Under the pieces are notes generated by a model. That model saw nothing but the letters and a program-made list of their open reading frames with translations, did no database searches and was not told the DNA's origin. Positions 63,805 to 64,000 of a stretch of 64,000 nt of DNA are shown here, piece by piece. Made by a program: the position numbers and the translations under genes. Source of the stretch: Moniliella sp. 'wahieum' (lineage: Eukaryota); contig RSEE01000069.1 in NCBI GenBank assembly GCA_003971905.1, positions 310,001-374,000 of the forward strand, read 5' to 3'. Each line of letters opens with the position of its first letter. Position 1 is the stretch's first letter.

Positions 63805-64000
63805 AACGTCGCTATGAACGCTTGGCTGCCACAAGCCAGTTATCCCGGGGGTGCATTTTCTGGCGCCTAAAACGCTCTGACAGGATAGTACCGAGGATGG
63901 GGTGTACGCCATCTGGGCTTACGCCGCGCGGGGCTCTACGAGTATCGCCCCCTCCCCGCCATCCGTGGGGGTGGCGCGGTGGGAAGGGGCGACTCGCATG
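63306..64000 (-). rRNA. LSU (25-28S) rRNA 3' part, highly divergent; continues beyond the window
   Basis: GGGATAACTGGCTTGTGGCAGCCAAGCGTTCATAGCGAC, GATCCTTCGATGTCGGCTCTTCC, GAGCTGGGTTTAGACC, sarcin-ricin loop AGTACGAGAGGAAC, CTGAACGCCTCTAAG, fungal-like 3' end AAATCC..GCAGACGAC...GTAGAGTGG..ACGATC.GCTGA. Confidence 0.93.

Noticed and set aside
1..64000. CRISPR arrays, tRNA genes, true telomeric arrays
   Set aside because: None seen. Short tandem repeats such as TTGAAGC at about 3150-3180 and TGATCTGG at about 30867-30900 lack spacers, and TAGGG motifs are dispersed.

Overview
Fungal nuclear DNA from a basidiomycete, plausibly Ustilaginomycotina: GC-rich, intron-poor genes with short GT-AG introns and a basidiomycete-type 5S rRNA. 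The assembly appears to be unpolished long-read sequence, since almost every gene carries scattered 1-bp indels. The stretch from 4.7 to 41.2 kb is a core gene block: LEU1, a Pil1/BAR-domain gene, SSE1 (Hsp110), SMD3, D-serine dehydratase, RidA, an atypical transketolase-like enzyme, SIT4, BEM1, CDC5, YSC84 and DCR2. From 41.5 to 62.7 kb is a decayed accessory zone with a MULE transposase relic, a tandem array of pseudogenised copies of an unrecognised gene family, a deleted Copia element with a 61-bp LTR, a CRE-clade non-LTR retrotransposon and a LINE ORF1 fragment. The window ends at the edge of an rDNA unit on the minus strand: a 5S gene cut off at nt 78, IGS1, and the 3' part of an extremely divergent, GC-rich but structurally compensated LSU rRNA. 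The best leads are this LSU rRNA, the broken 5S next to a CRE element, the DSD1-RidA head-to-head pair and the unknown repeated gene family. All family assignments are from motif recognition by eye; no searches were run.
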